A stretch of DNA of 64,000 bases from Raillietiella orientalis (lineage: Eukaryota): contig JAYWIR010000004.1 in NCBI GenBank assembly GCA_036172245.1, positions 6,324,001 through 6,388,000 of the forward strand. The letters are read 5' to 3'. Both the position numbers and the translations under genes were made by a program. The first letter of the stretch is position 1, and the number at the start of each line of letters is the position of its first letter. The notes below the pieces were generated by a model. That model worked only from the letters and a program-made list of their open reading frames with translations. It searched no databases and had not been told where the DNA came from. Positions 38,901 to 52,545 of this stretch are shown piece by piece.

Positions 38901-40269
38901 AGAAATTGCCTAAGAGGACCTGGTAAGCAAACCAAAAATTACACCTACTCGTCTTCCTACTCTTCACAGTTGTTGAAATGCACATACTATAGACATTCCG
39001 AAGGCAGCTAGTGGAAACTGCGAACGAGATCCCTTGCATCTTTTTGCATCTTAACCACTTGCTTGAATAATTCAATGGAGGTGTTTCAATAAGGCGACTT
39101 TTGGCATGCATGAAAATGCATGGCGACTCCGCTGTGTCACCTATTTGGTGAGTGTGTAATCCATATTCATTGCTATTGTGCGTTTTTCCAAATTCCAAGG
39201 ATCAAACAACTCAAGGAGCCTCTGAGCGTTCCTCATAGATTTACTGGGTTTTCTGCCTTATCTGCGCTCTTCCTTTTCTTTTTCAATCTTTCTCGAGATG
39301 AAAATGTTTATATTTTACTTTATTTCAGCATCTCAAGAAAAAACAAAAAGAAAGAAGTTTTGGAGGCATTTTGTGATTCGAGTGTGCATGTTTATTGCAG
39401 AGGAGATACTTGGCTTCTCGTGTTGATATTCTTGGAATGTTTCCCAGAACACGTATTACATCATGAGCAAGACACGCTGACACATACACTTCGATCTATT
39501 TTGGAAAAATGACAGAAAATATGCCAACATCTCTGGCGACAAAAATAATTCCTTCTTTTGTCCAGTGAAAGCAGTAAGATTTTCGTAAGGCTTGTGATCG
39601 CTGTGGATATTCTGGGAATTTATTTCGCTTCCTTCTGAATATTGAAAAGCAAAGTCAACCTATCGGTTCTTGTCAAATATCAAGCAACACTTACAGCTCT
39701 TGCACTGCATGTTGTGTACCCTACATTTTGCATAAAAACCCACTTTTTCGTGCTCAATGAGGAGGAACATTTCGAATGTTTGATTCCCTTGGTTTAACAC
39801 CAAGAGAATCAATCTTCGCGCCGAGGAATACAAGCCTTTCGCTTTTTTTGCTTTGGCACAAAGATCACAGATCATTCTGCAGTATTTCTGATTATCTCTA
39901 CAACACAAGAGAAAAGATGCTTCGAGTTATACACGCCATTTGTTCCTCGGCTTTCCGATTAAACTTATTCTAATTGGTAGATTACAAGGGCAATAGATGA
40001 CACTTCTGAAGAAAGGAAGGCAAAATGTGATAGCATTTCTAAGCAATAGTGCGTGAAGATAAAAGTTACTATAAAAACGTGCTACAGACTGAGGTCAGCC
40101 ATTGTGTTCTTTCAAAATTGCATGGGGATAGAACCTATCCCTCTTTCTGTCTGATGTCCCGGTAAGGGATCCAATCCAGAAGTGAAAATACCACGTTTAT
40201 CACCTTTAGGCGCAAAACATTCGGAGGACCTTCAAGGAAGTCAGAGAGAAACTACGCTGGAGTAGAGAG

Positions 40270-40720
40270 ACCAGAAGTAGGAAAGCTTCCTTAAGGACAC
40301 TTGGATGCCGTCCTTTGGGAAATCTCCTGTCTTACAACTATGATTGAGTTTCACCCCCCAAAAGTTTGCTTATCTCTGTTTCAGCATACCCGTCTATCGG
40401 AATAGAAGCACAACAGTAAGCTGTTGATCCTTTTGTGAGCTGCACAGAAGAAAGAACTCTCCTTTAGTTCGCTTCTCTCAAGTTGGCCCCGTCGTGTCTT
40501 CTGCAGCCATTAAAGAAAGATTCATGGCTTTCTGATGTAGTGGACCACATGTAGTGTGGCTCCTTTCTAGTGCTGTTCTGAGCTTCCATTCGGAACAAAC
40601 AGGAATACCAGTACGCGTACCGAGTGGTTGTACGGACTGCATTCTTTCAATGCTCTTCCACTTCTCTATGCTCTGGGATCTTGCAAGGATTCGACAAGGC
40701 GACTGAACCCTTGTCAAGCT
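40270..40720 (+). mobile_element. LINE RT remnant
   Basis: MPSFGKSP (40305-40328). IRQGD-(tgaa insertion)-PLS at 40689-40716. Confidence 0.55.
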
Positions 40721-41584
40721 GCCTCACTGAGCTGCTTTCATGCGCAGGAAAGCTCGGAAGCAAAACTCGTTGGTAGCATGGATTTCCTTCGTTCGCTCCC
40801 TTGATCGCTAGAGTCTCTGCTCCTCAAGCAAATGTTTTTAATTTCCCTCACTTTTGAGATGATCTCAAAAACTTTAGGACATCGAAAGCTCGGTTCCTGC
40901 TTTCCTTATGACTTGTTTTCGTATCTGCGGATTCGCTTGCAATTCGCCTCTCGCAACATCTGTTGAAACCACCATCCAAAGTGTTAATCTGAGATAAGGT
41001 CTCGAGCGGTCATAAACCATCCATGTGCCTCCCGAGTCATTTGGAGAAAGATTTCTTGATCGAGATACCTTCTTAAGTTGCTATTGGTATTCGGCACATT
41101 CTCACCTTATGAGATGTTGTCACGTTTAAACTCTCTCTCAAGACATCTTCAGATATTTAATGAGATTTTTGCCTCCTGAAGACTCTGTTTCTTCAAGCGC
41201 TCACCTGCGGAAAATCCAGAAAAGATACGTGAGAAATCACTGAAGCCGTGACGAGCAGGTTCCGATTGCACAGTACTAACTAATAAGCATTGATTTTGAC
41301 TTTTAGGTTAAGTTAAATGTATTCAATCTGGTCATTTTTCCTTTAAAGTCAAAATCTTCAAAACTGTCTTTAAGATAGTTACTTGGTTCTTGCGTCCTTC
41401 TAATATAGAATGCCCACATTAGTTCGAAAGCGTCTAAAATTAATTATATCTTAAAAAAATACTCTTCTTGGACAAGGGTCTCTGTTATTCTCATTAGCGC
41501 TCCTTTTTTTCAGAAAAATTTTTAATGAGGAGAAATCGAGCGTTTTCTTATCTGCTTTCTTGACTGCCCAACTACTCCATATTG

Positions 41585-41680
41585 TCTTCATCCCTAAGTA
41601 GTGGAAGGAACACTTGGCGACGTTTGGATACACATTTATCACCAAAGTATCCTTTGTCTTCTCTTGGAATTTCTTCTGTT
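41585..41680 (-). mobile_element. LINE RT C-terminal fragment
   Basis: KFQEK..LVIN...KCSFHYLGM (~F...GLxIN..K...FxYLG). Confidence 0.4.
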
Positions 41681-43159
41681 CTTCCTGTTACTTTCCATAA
41701 ATTCGGATGAATTCCCTTCTAGAATACAAAATACTTTCCCCTATTAGTTGCCAATATCGTGTGCAATAGTATGGAAGCTGCAGAACACCTACCTCTCGTA
41801 ACAACCAGATTTCTAAGCATTTCCAGCAAAGTGTTCAGAAGAGTCAATTTTAGCAGCCATGTGCTTTGTCTCTTAATCTAGTCTACTGCAAGTTTCTTCC
41901 AGTCTCACCGGAAGCTATTCTCACACTGCAGAGAAGAGAATAATCTTTGTCTGAAAGATTTACTTCAATTTTTTATGATTCACAGCTTGCTCTTCCAAGA
42001 GCTTTCCTTCGCTCATTTGTCTTTTGTCAAGATTTTGTGGATGTGTTTTTTTGTTTTTGATCACAGCTTGTATTCTACTTATGCAAACCTGATATGCGAT
42101 TTTCTTGGTCGATCAGTCTACTCTTTCCGCTTCGCAGCTGCACTTCCCAACCTCATCATTTTTGGTCTCGTTAGTCCACTTGCTTTTCAATGGACTGTAG
42201 GTGCTCGTTTCGTAACGAGAATGTTTCATCGAAGCACCCATTTGGCACACATCATTCTTAATTTACTCACAAAAGCTGTACGCGCACAACGCACTGACTC
42301 TTGATCTCGCAAACAGGGCAATGTATCTTGGATTTCATCTTCTTTCGATTAGATTGCTCTGTGTTTTATTTGGGATGTGCCTCGCATATCGCCTCAAAGT
42401 TGATTCAAGAATGGAACTTTCCAAATGGCACTCTCTGAATTTTCATTTCTCCTTTTAATGTCCACGTTTTAGGAAAAAACGCTGCAAACCTTCATGGACC
42501 ACCTGTCAGAAATGCGTCTGGAGCTTTCCATTAGCGCTTTTTTTTGTGGCAAGGGACCTCAGATGTTAGTCCTGTCTCTGAGTTACCCATGAGTCTCTTT
42601 TATCATCTCTTACTCACATGGATACGAAATTCCATCATTTTGTACCTACTGGCATACTTGCTGGCACATCTTTTGCTTCTGAAAAAGAGATTTTATGGTG
42701 ACTTTTAGACGGAAAAGAGAGATTTCCATTTTTACAGCTGCTCAGAGCTCTGCTTGCAGAACATCGGATTTATGCCACTCGTGACTTGCGCTTCTCGTTC
42801 ATGGAGCATTAGCTAAATCATACCCAGAACTCATTGCGAAAATCACCAGAAAACAAAGGATTCCCACAGTCCCAAACTATGCCACACATCGTCGTTTCGA
42901 TCAGTCAAAGAAGGAAAGAAAGATAGCCTTCTGGGGATCTTTTGCGCAATTATGATCTCTTGCTACTAGACCCTCATATAAACATCAGTTTCGTCTTATT
43001 CAAGATGTTTGTTTCTTAGCAGCTGAAGCGAATATTCATGCGCGCGTCACATTCTGCTCTCACTGCAGCATATATCTCGCGCATTCGAGAGATGGCTTGC
43101 AGTCGAATGAGAGCTCGCAAATTTTGTCTGTCTCTGTCTAGTGGAAACATCTGAAGATT

Positions 43160-43680
43160 TTTTTTCTGCTCCGGGAATTGAAGTTTTTCCTTTTAGAACT
43201 GCTGCATTCGTCTCGCACCGAGACAAATATTTGTTCTCGAGGAACAAACTTCTTTGCCCCTACCACGTGTATTTCTCCCATTTGCCACCATGGATCTTCG
43301 TTCTCATGGAAGGAGGAATCCCTCTCCTGTGTTCGAAATTTCAGCAACGTCAAAAGGAAAACGTCCATGTGGAAAATCTATGGATTTTCGAAAGTTGTCG
43401 GAACTGATAATTCATGATAGATTGTTCCGAGGCGTATTGGCTGAGAAAGGAGAATGTCCTATATTAATAGGCCGGCTCTGTGACAGAGACACTCGGAAAA
43501 AAGTAAGGTCTTCGGGAGCCATTTTACTATCAGCTGGGTCTTACATGACCGTGTGCATTTCATTATGCATTTGGCTGATTATTTCGAATGTGAATGCATC
43601 ATCAGGAGGAATAGGTTACCATGACTCCATGTATACCTCTCTGAAATTGGATCCGAGTCCTGTTGCTTTCCATGAAAGAT
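43160..43680 (+). mobile_element. LINE RT remnant
   Basis: SAPGIEVFPF (43165), KENVHVENL, KLSELIIHDRL...LIGRLCD, LKLDPSPVAFHER (43641), in RT order. Confidence 0.5.
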
Positions 43681-45134
43681 CTGCGCTCCACAAGTGATCT
43701 GCAAACGTTGTACAATGTGGTCATTTCTTCGAATCTGTCTAGAAGTCTGCACTCTGGAATCGTGTCAAGAGATGAGAGTTTAGCGAACACTCTAGTCAAC
43801 CGCAAATAATGCAACAGTCCAAGTGAACACTTTCTCTATCAGTCAGGGAAGAAGTCTGGATTTGAGCAACTGCTCTGTTCGAGACAATGATGGCTTAAAG
43901 GTTTGCGTTCTCTTCCCTGATTTGTATGGAATTAGCAAACCTTTGAGTCTGGATTCTATGACAATGACACGAATATGCAGGCGTAGATTTATTGATCCTT
44001 GATCACAATGATATGTTGCTATTCATATAGAATGGAAAGTGGCTTATGAAAATAGGTGATACATTAGGTACAAGGCATCGGTCCTTAGATCGGTGCACGC
44101 TTAGAACACTGACTTAGTCATGCATACAGATTTCGGGTTAAGATAGCTATCGTTTGCTATGATTCGTTGTTAAAGCAAAAAAAGCACTCTCCATTGCTCA
44201 TAGTACAGAAAAAATGCCAGAAATATTTTTTTTTGTTGTTGTTGTTAACGTACTGCTACTCTGCTTTACAAAAGATGCGTTTTTTTTTTCTTCTTTGATC
44301 ACAGCCTGCTGCTTTGACTGCGAGAAACTGTGAAATACTATTCCATGCGAATAAGGGAATGCTTGAAATAAATAAATCTTGGGAAACAAAGATGAATCTG
44401 TTTAAAAAAAAAAACGGCTCTGCATTTTAGAGTACAGGAAACGAACGGTAAAGAATCCTGGATGTCATGAAACACTACTTCATTGTGGACGAGACTTCTG
44501 AAAGAATCGGATGGCATTGCATCATTGAATCTTAGGCATGCAAATTAGTGAAGCAAAATAATTTGGTGTTCGTTCTTATCAATCTTTTGATGCTTTGGAG
44601 AATTGCAAAAGTATCGATTGGAAAATTATCAGTCACGGAACAAAAAGACTGAGATTTAGGAACACCATGAGCAACGATCGTGTTTCTGGATTCTTTGCTA
44701 TTTTGTCAGTTTGTTTTTTGCAAACTACTAATATTGTATTTGGATACTCAAGGCATAGCGGAAGCGTTTTTTGGAATAATTAGAAAATCTCAAATATGGG
44801 GCTGTTAAAAAAATGTGGAAATTTCCGATTTTGATTGCTGTGTAGCGATGCGCTTCATCTTATCAGATGGAACAGCTGAAACGCTTGCTACCTGTGGCTA
44901 GAAACTTTTTTCTTACAAGTGCCTTTTGTTGCGTTTCCAAGGATGTTGGGTCCGATCTATCTCAGGGTAATGCTTGTGTAGAAGTATCTCTTTTATCTAC
45001 GCTTATCCATGCTTCTTCATTTTCCGATCTGCTTCGCAACATCTAACAGACCGACTTGATCTCGTGAAAAACGAAAAATATTGGTGTTGCCTTCCATTGC
45101 GGTCTTCTTCACATGAATAAGGTCTCAATGATTA

Positions 45135-45325
45135 ACGAAAGAGAAGAACAAAATAATCCATCTTCTAGGATTTTTGAAAGAGCGTTTGGAGCACTTCGAA
45201 GGATTTCGAAGAGCTTCGCAAACAGCATCGGCATAACGAAACGGTGATCTTTGTTGAATACAAAGAGTGCAAGCGGATAAGACACTCTTCATGAAGACAG
45301 TAAAAGGTGGGATTCGAGAAAAAGG
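45135..45325 (+). mobile_element. Possible LINE RT fragment
   Basis: LL..FERAFG (~LDFEKAFD, ~45165-45190) and GIRE (45309). Confidence 0.35.
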
Positions 45326-47329
45326 AAGAAATAAATTCGACTCTTTGTTCATGAAGATTCAAACTGTTTCGAAGATTTTCACTTCTGAGAAGATGGCCTT
45401 CTGTTCCATCCTCATTTAAAGCACCATTGTGTCCTTCACAACCGGTAAGGAGAAAAAGAATGGGTAAACAAACAGTTGGCTGCAACAACCTCGATGAATA
45501 CAAGCAAAGAAAACAATCAGCAAACGAGGATCAAAGAGGTACATGCCGGAGAAGACAAACAATGCCAACGAGATGATCTAAAAGGACAGTTCTAAACTTG
45601 ATATGAAAAAAAGTGGTGTTGGGATTTATCAAAGCTTTTAATGTGTGCGTTTTGCATTATGTAGAAGTTCATTAGTTTGTTCTGCGCGGTTCTTCATTAG
45701 AAATTAATGAACTTTACTCAAAGTCTTAACGTACTTTGAAATTTCGTATTGTGGAATAGGGTCCCATAGGAAATTAAAGAAAAAATGTTGATACATTCTC
45801 CATGAAATGGATACTTTCCGCTCGAAACTTCGAGGACTTTAAAGGGAGGTTGAGCGTCTGGTTGTTTTCCAAGCTTGGAATTGCATCCATCTAACGGTTT
45901 CACCATTTCGATGCTCAGTTGGTGATTTCCTGCCTTCAGTGCAAGGAACCGAAGCAAATCTACCCTTTGGCTCTCGATCTTTTCAATGTCATCATAGTTT
46001 ATCTCCATTTATTAGTTGTAATCAGCTTTGTGCTTTGGAGTTGTTTTTTAATGAAAATTGTGCGCCTATTCAAATTCGTGGTGATTTCTGAAGCTGCTCT
46101 TTAGTGCAGTGTCGGTTTCTGTGCCCTTCAAAACGAGTCGCATGCTAGAAATACGACGGAAAGGAAACATTCTAAAGAACAGCGTGGCCTGGTTCCGCTT
46201 GCTGCAAATCGAATGCAACGTGGACTGCTGAGAAGCGCAGTATTTTCTGGGCGTGAAGCAGGTGAGACCAAACTGAGAATTAAAGTCCTTGGATTTTCCT
46301 TCACTTTTTCATTTATGGTTGGCTGCAAACTACGGATTAAGTCACCACTGATTGTGTACTGACAACCCGATGAGCGCTCATCAGATCACAGGATTAAACT
46401 GATGATAAACGAAAGCAGTGACATTTTGACATCATGTTCGGAAAATCTAAATATGAGAATTCAAAAGTCTCCTCCTCGATGAAAGAAATCCACCTAAAGG
46501 GTTACGAATATTTGCTTATGACTTCCAAGAAGCTTGCCAACAAGAACTTTTGTCTGAAGAGTCGATCTGCATAATCAACTGTACGATCACAGTTGATCAC
46601 AAAGAATTTGATTCGCCTAATAGGAAATCGTTGCTTTCGGTGGGAACAAGGAATTTCGATGAATACGAGTGGCCTGAGGCAGTAAGCATCTGTTACAACA
46701 AACGTCATGTATGATTCCTATGGTGGCATCAAAGTCTTCATCCGCAAATCTTTGCAAAGACTTTGAATAAACCGAATATTGCATTCTGTTATATTTCCTC
46801 GTAGTTAGACCGTCATTAGGTTTCACTTTTGCTGAGATGTAAATCCCTGCTCCCTGTTTGCCTGAAATCAGGGATTTCTCCCTGTTGACGACTCTCAACT
46901 TCTTAATTTCTAAAAGGTGGTGGAGGGAAGAGAATCGATTCCTTCTCGATGCTCGCAGCAGACATCCTCACTTTCCATCGCTTCGCTATCGTGAGCGTGC
47001 TGCCACTCGCGAAGACTCATCCTCCATGTTGAGTTCTAAGATAGAGTTTTCCTCGGTACAGATCAAATGATCGAAAAGCACAATGCCGAACGTTGAAATC
47101 CCGAAAGGTCTGAAACACCGAACATTGCGATCCCGAAAGATTAAAATCCTCACAATATAATTTATCATTTATTGAGGAAGCTCCATTTATTGAATGCTGA
47201 AAATGATACGAAATTGAAATACACGCCCTGAGGGATTGCAAAGCAATGAGGACAATTCAAAATAGTGCGGGAAAACATAAAAATAAGAAGGCGAAAATGA
47301 GGAAAGCGAAGAAGAAAATATGACGTACG

Positions 47330-48280
47330 ACAAAGTAGATGAAACGGTTACACCATGAGTAACTGCACGGAGGTAGTCCCTAATAGACGGCCTACTTCCA
47401 CGATCATTTTGAAGCTGGCCGCTGCAAAACGCAGATTTCAAAGTGGACATTCTATGTTCGTACTTATCAACAGAACTTTTATGTGGAGGTATGGAAGAAC
47501 TGCTGATTTAAATCCAATAAGTAACAACGAGGATGGAGTCGACTCACGAATGGCGTTGGATTTTTACAAAAATTTATAGCATTGAGGTTTTATATTGTTC
47601 TTTGTAAGCAATATCATTTTAATTTCTTAAAAACAAAGCTAGTGAATGTTGCTTTGTAATTCTGATTTTGTTAAATAATTATTAGTAAATAGGACATTTT
47701 TATTTGACACGTGATATCTGGTATAATAATTATAATAATGTCTTAGAAGCTCTTGGAAATTAAATTTTATAGGACACCCTAAATGATTGGATTATCAATA
47801 AATAATCAGTAATCTGTATTATGGTGGGTATACGAATGAGACAATCAAGCGGAAATCTGTATGTTCCATGAAAACTTTAGCTTAAGAATTCAAATGCAGA
47901 TTTGAAGGGAGTGAGTTGTGCATTTCATTCTTAAAATAGTTTTGGATTGGTTGCATCGCAAAATTTTGGAGTTTGTATAAAATTCAAGGAATAGTTTAAG
48001 GAAAGCACTTTGTTTTCAGGAAGGAGGAGAAATTCTTTAAAAATTTATGAATCAATTAATTTTGTAATATAACGGAAATGTGTCTTCATATCATGCTTTG
48101 GCTGTTAGAACAGATTTTTGAATATGATTTATTTTTTTTTTGCGTGTGTGACGAAACATATAAAGATTTTGAAAGCGATCGATGCATAGTATTTAATTTT
48201 GATTATAACAGAAATTTGAATTGGTAATCACTAGAAAATTTCGTTAATTCCACGCCAGCAGTTGCGGTGAAACGTAAGAG
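47330..48280 (+). mobile_element. Probable hAT transposase remnant in an AT-rich island
   Basis: VDET (47335-47346). NADLKGVSCAFHS*N (~CxAHxLNL, Cys at 47917). LIP-ASSCGE-R with two 1-nt insertions (~IPxSSxxxERxFS, hAT C-terminal dimerisation motif, 48244-48278). No TIRs were found. Confidence 0.4.
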
Positions 48281-48699
48281 TTAAGTTAATGTGGATGGCT
48301 CCTGATTTGTTGGAATTTGTGGGTTTAATATGTAGGTATTATGAAACTCTAGGTCATTCTTTATAAAGTAGAATTAGTCAGTCTAGCATCAATGATGTAC
48401 AGAAAAAAGATAGGAAAGAGAACTTACGTGATTCTGAGGTAATCAGAATTATTAGGGAGGTTTGTTTAGTAAGTGATCATCCGATAGGAACTCACCCTTT
48501 TAGTGTTTGTATATCATTGCTTTGATCACCCAGTTCAAATTCCAGCTTGATCTCTTCTTGAACTTCACCAACTCAGATGACTTCAACTGCACATCTTTGC
48601 AAATTCGAAAACGACATAAGTAGTTTTAAGCAAGGAGGGAACAGAAACTTTGAAGCTCAAAAAACGACTGCATTCTCTTCAAAGGACACGCTCCTTGAA

Positions 48700-49590
48700 A
48701 AGCTGGCCAATTCTCATGGACCACCCCCTTGCAACTGCCCAGGATCTGTCCCTTTCTATTTTTAAATCAACAGCTACAATAGTACAAATAAAAGAGCGGT
48801 TCTTCCCATGTTCCAGCCCTCCTTCCTGGTCATGGAAATTGTGTTACGAGGGATGCGACAACAGGTTTCGCTCACAGACACTCCCTACATTCTGTATTTC
48901 GGAGACATCTTCCTCTCCATTCAAGAGCTGTTCATGAGGCTGTCGCAGGTTTGGGGGATCATCCAGTCATAGTCCAAGACGACGTGTCCAATACATGTCG
49001 CGAGTAGAGCGGATGCATGAGGCAACCACAAGTGCTGTTCCATTGTATCTGGTTTCCAGGAGAGTTGCCTCTCCGAACTGTTCAAGGTGGAATCGCACCT
49101 TTTGTTGGAGTGAAGTGCCTCGAGGACTTCCGGCGGAGACTCGCTTAGGCGCTCCGTCGACAGCAGGTCACTGCAATGGACTTGCTAGGTGGGCTGAAGA
49201 ATAGAGCTGTAGTAGCAACAACCAGTTGCATCTGCACTATAGTGTGTTAAAATCAAGTTCGAGGGGAAGAGAGGCTACTAGCATGACAGCAGCTCTTATG
49301 AAGGCAGCAGCAAGGTGGCCTCATCTTCCAGAAGTTGCCAAGGAGATTGCCACCATCCACAGCCGCTTCTAGAGAGGAAAGAACGCCTTCAACCAAAGAC
49401 CCTTGTCTCCACCCTCCCGTCTTTTTTTATGTATCTATTGTCCTTTCCCTTCGTTTTCTACTTTTCGGAAGCCGGCCTGCGTGCCGGTGGTTATTCCAAA
49501 TGAACTTTCTGTTTTTCTTGGCTTTTCTTGTTCTCTGAGGGACACTTTCCCTTCCCTTTTCCCTTCTAACTTGTAGTTTATTTTTTAAAA
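48700..49590 (+). mobile_element. LINE 3' end (weak C-terminal signal, T-rich 3' UTR with hairpin)
   Basis: A GC-richer segment ends in a T-rich UTR that resembles the 3' UTR at 3300-3480(-). Hairpin at 49471-49488. Confidence 0.35.
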
Positions 49591-52329
49591 TGAACCTCTC
49601 GGCGTAACCGGGTTCGAAGCTGCGTGCACCCGGGGGATACCCAGTTCACGGAAGACTGCTTCGTTCCTGAAGTCCCAAGCTCCCAAAGGTCCAATGATTT
49701 GCATAGACTCCTTTTTTGGATTGCGGGCTGGCAACATCTTGATATTTGGGGACTTTCTGATTCCTGGCTATGCTAAAGGCTTCTTCCCCATTCTCAAAGG
49801 GACAAGCTTCATACGGCACCACCATCTTGTTGCCCTCCTGGCAATAGTTTTTGGAATTCTACCAGATCTGCCAGATAACACCGGATTCGGCCTCAGAATT
49901 CATCAAGACAAAGAACGCGCCGATTCGCAGATCCCAATTTCCGTCTTGCTGTTTCTGCCGCTCCTATCGTGACCTTATCCACGATCGCATCGTTCCGGGT
50001 CGTGTACAGATGAGTGCCTTTTGCAATGATTTGTTACATGAGGCAGCGTCTCGTCCACAGACCACAATGGGGACATGGGCGATCAGCTTCCCTCCTTTCG
50101 GCTGCTCCCCTCATGAGAAGCAGATTTAACCTTTCAGCGTAGATGAATCCGCAGTCTGCAAATCTCAGGTGGTTCCTGTTTGTAAGAAAACAACTCCAAG
50201 AGCTACGCAGTCCGAGCTATGCACTTTTTCATATGTCGAATTTTCTTCATGCTGTATGTTTCATTTTCTTATCATTTCCAACATTCAGTAAACGAAACTT
50301 CCTCAATAAAGGATTAATTCTATTTTCAGACTTGAGGGACGAGTTTCGAGATTTGTACATTCAGGATTGTCTTTCGGGATTCTGAACTAGACCTCATTCT
50401 TTTGTGTCTGAAGTTTCTTTCTCTGACAGTAAGTGATCTAAAACTTCAGACTAAGATTCTCACAAGTGATCTATGGCTTTTTGCTTCATCTCTGAGAGCG
50501 ATTCTTTCAGCCGCATTTTTTTTAATTCTTGAAGACCTTCAAGCATGAAAGTGTTTTTTTTTTTTTTTTTTCAAAGAATTTGCAGCAGTATGAGTAAATT
50601 GTGCAGACATGTTTACAGAATAATTGACATATAGACATCCTTACAGTCGAATTACCCATATGTATACGTGCTCGTCATATCGGCAAAAACGTCTTAAAAG
50701 TTGCGCCTCGCTTCCAAACAGTGACCACTTTTGTCATTTTTACAGTGTTAAACTTATTCATTGCAAGTGGCAACGATTACACGCAGAAAGAAAACAATTC
50801 ATTATTTTTTCGAAAAAAAACATAGAAACGCCGCAAAAAAAAAAACGCACATGAAACAGAAATCTTCTGGGATGATTCTTCACTCTCACTTGTTTTCCCA
50901 TTCAAGGATCTTCAAGAAATGACCCGAGTTTTGATCAACCATCTTTCATCAGACCTCAGCATGCCATGTGAATTCTCGTTCTGAGGAATGTATATTTCTA
51001 ATTTTCTGACCTATTCTTTCTTGAAACTGAAGTCTGAAAAGCAAGAAAAGAATGCTTCGTGCGTTTCGGAATAATGAAAATGAAGAGAAACTCTTCTGAA
51101 AGGTGGCTTCAGCTTGGGAATTTGGATCTCAGGAAACAGAGTCAGTTGGGAAAACAAAATTACATGCGGCGCTATGGAACAAAGACTTCAAGGATCTGTT
51201 GTAAGGTTAGCTTGCACATATGGATACAATTCCAGGAGTAGTTCAAATCATGCACAGGAATCCATTGACTGATTTTCGTGATTTTTCCTAATGAATTCAC
51301 ACATTTATCAATAGGAATGATTTTAAAAATGTCGCTCCCGTCACAAAGTAACCGCCAATTTCCCGATGAAAAACGGTCAATTTGTAATAGAAAAAGCATT
51401 TTTTTAAGAACAGGGCTTGAAAGACCACTGTGAACGATCGGTTGTTAAGAATTCCTCGATGTAGAGACTGAAGCATTTGAAAGATGCGAGATCCTTGAAA
51501 TGAATACGTTTGAGGCTGCTGTAGATTTGGCAGACTAATTGATACTTATTTCATCAAAGTCACATAGGACTATTGTCCCTCATCATAAAAAGATTAATTT
51601 TTTTTCATCACTTAAAAATCGAAAGCTTCCGATAGCATTATCGGCATCGAGTGAGAGAAGAGTCAAAGTAGCTTGTTATAGCGTATATAAAACGAATTAT
51701 GTTTTCCTGCAAGCGAAAGGCAAAAGACATGTCTTCAAGTGCAAAAATGTTTCGATACTTCGATAACACATAGGGAGAAATAAGTCTTCTGAAGAAAATA
51801 AGAATACTCTCGCTTTGGGAAGCTTTGTAAAAAATGGACTGAGGAAAAACCAGGTATTTAAGAATGGCAAAACGGACAGACTGAATCTCCAGAAAGCTCG
51901 GTATGTACATCTAATGGTCTACGAGAAGCTTGGTGTGGATATTCAGGATTTTTCAAGGTTATGTTTCTTTTTTTCATCAGTGATGGCGAGACGACACCAC
52001 AAAAGTCTCTAAGAACACTTGAGAAGCGACGATATCATCGTTTACTGATGAAAGTATCATTGTTTTTCATTAGATTAAATGGTACAATTATTTTGGAGTG
52101 CATTAGCGTGCACAGACTGGAAGCAATAGAGCAATAAAAATCTTTTTTTTTGCCGACTTCCTACTGAGTCCCAAGAATTTTAAATAGTGAAACGATGATA
52201 TGATCTCAAGACCGAACTGCTAGAACGGCAAAACTTGAGCATTTGGGCTCTCCGTATGGCTAAATTAAGGAGAAAGCGCAATGCTTTGACACCATTGCTG
52301 TTTTCTTGGAAGTGGTTGCTTTCTGCATC

Positions 52330-52545
52330 CAGCAAACCATTGCTTAAATTTCTCAGACGATGAGGTATATCTGTAAGGAATTCGCTGGACCACCGTGCAG
52401 TCGATCTGTCGAGGCTGTGCCTGTTGAAGCCAATAAACACAGCCTTGACATTAAGCACCTAGATGCTCCTTCATCCTTGGGAGTAGGAATCAGTGCGATG
52501 ACAAATATGGAGGATATTGTCAAAACACTACCCCTTTTGTTTTTC
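52330..52545 (-). mobile_element. LINE RT remnant
   Basis: KG..FDNIL (52510-52524) followed by AVFIGFN..LDR..WSSEFL (ORF 52180..52458). Confidence 0.45.

Noticed and set aside
48252..48335. GCCAGCAGTTGCGGTGAAACGTAAGAG resembling the SSU rRNA 530 loop (possible organellar insertion)
   Set aside because: Other universal rRNA blocks are not convincingly present, and the same bases fit the hAT C-terminal motif.
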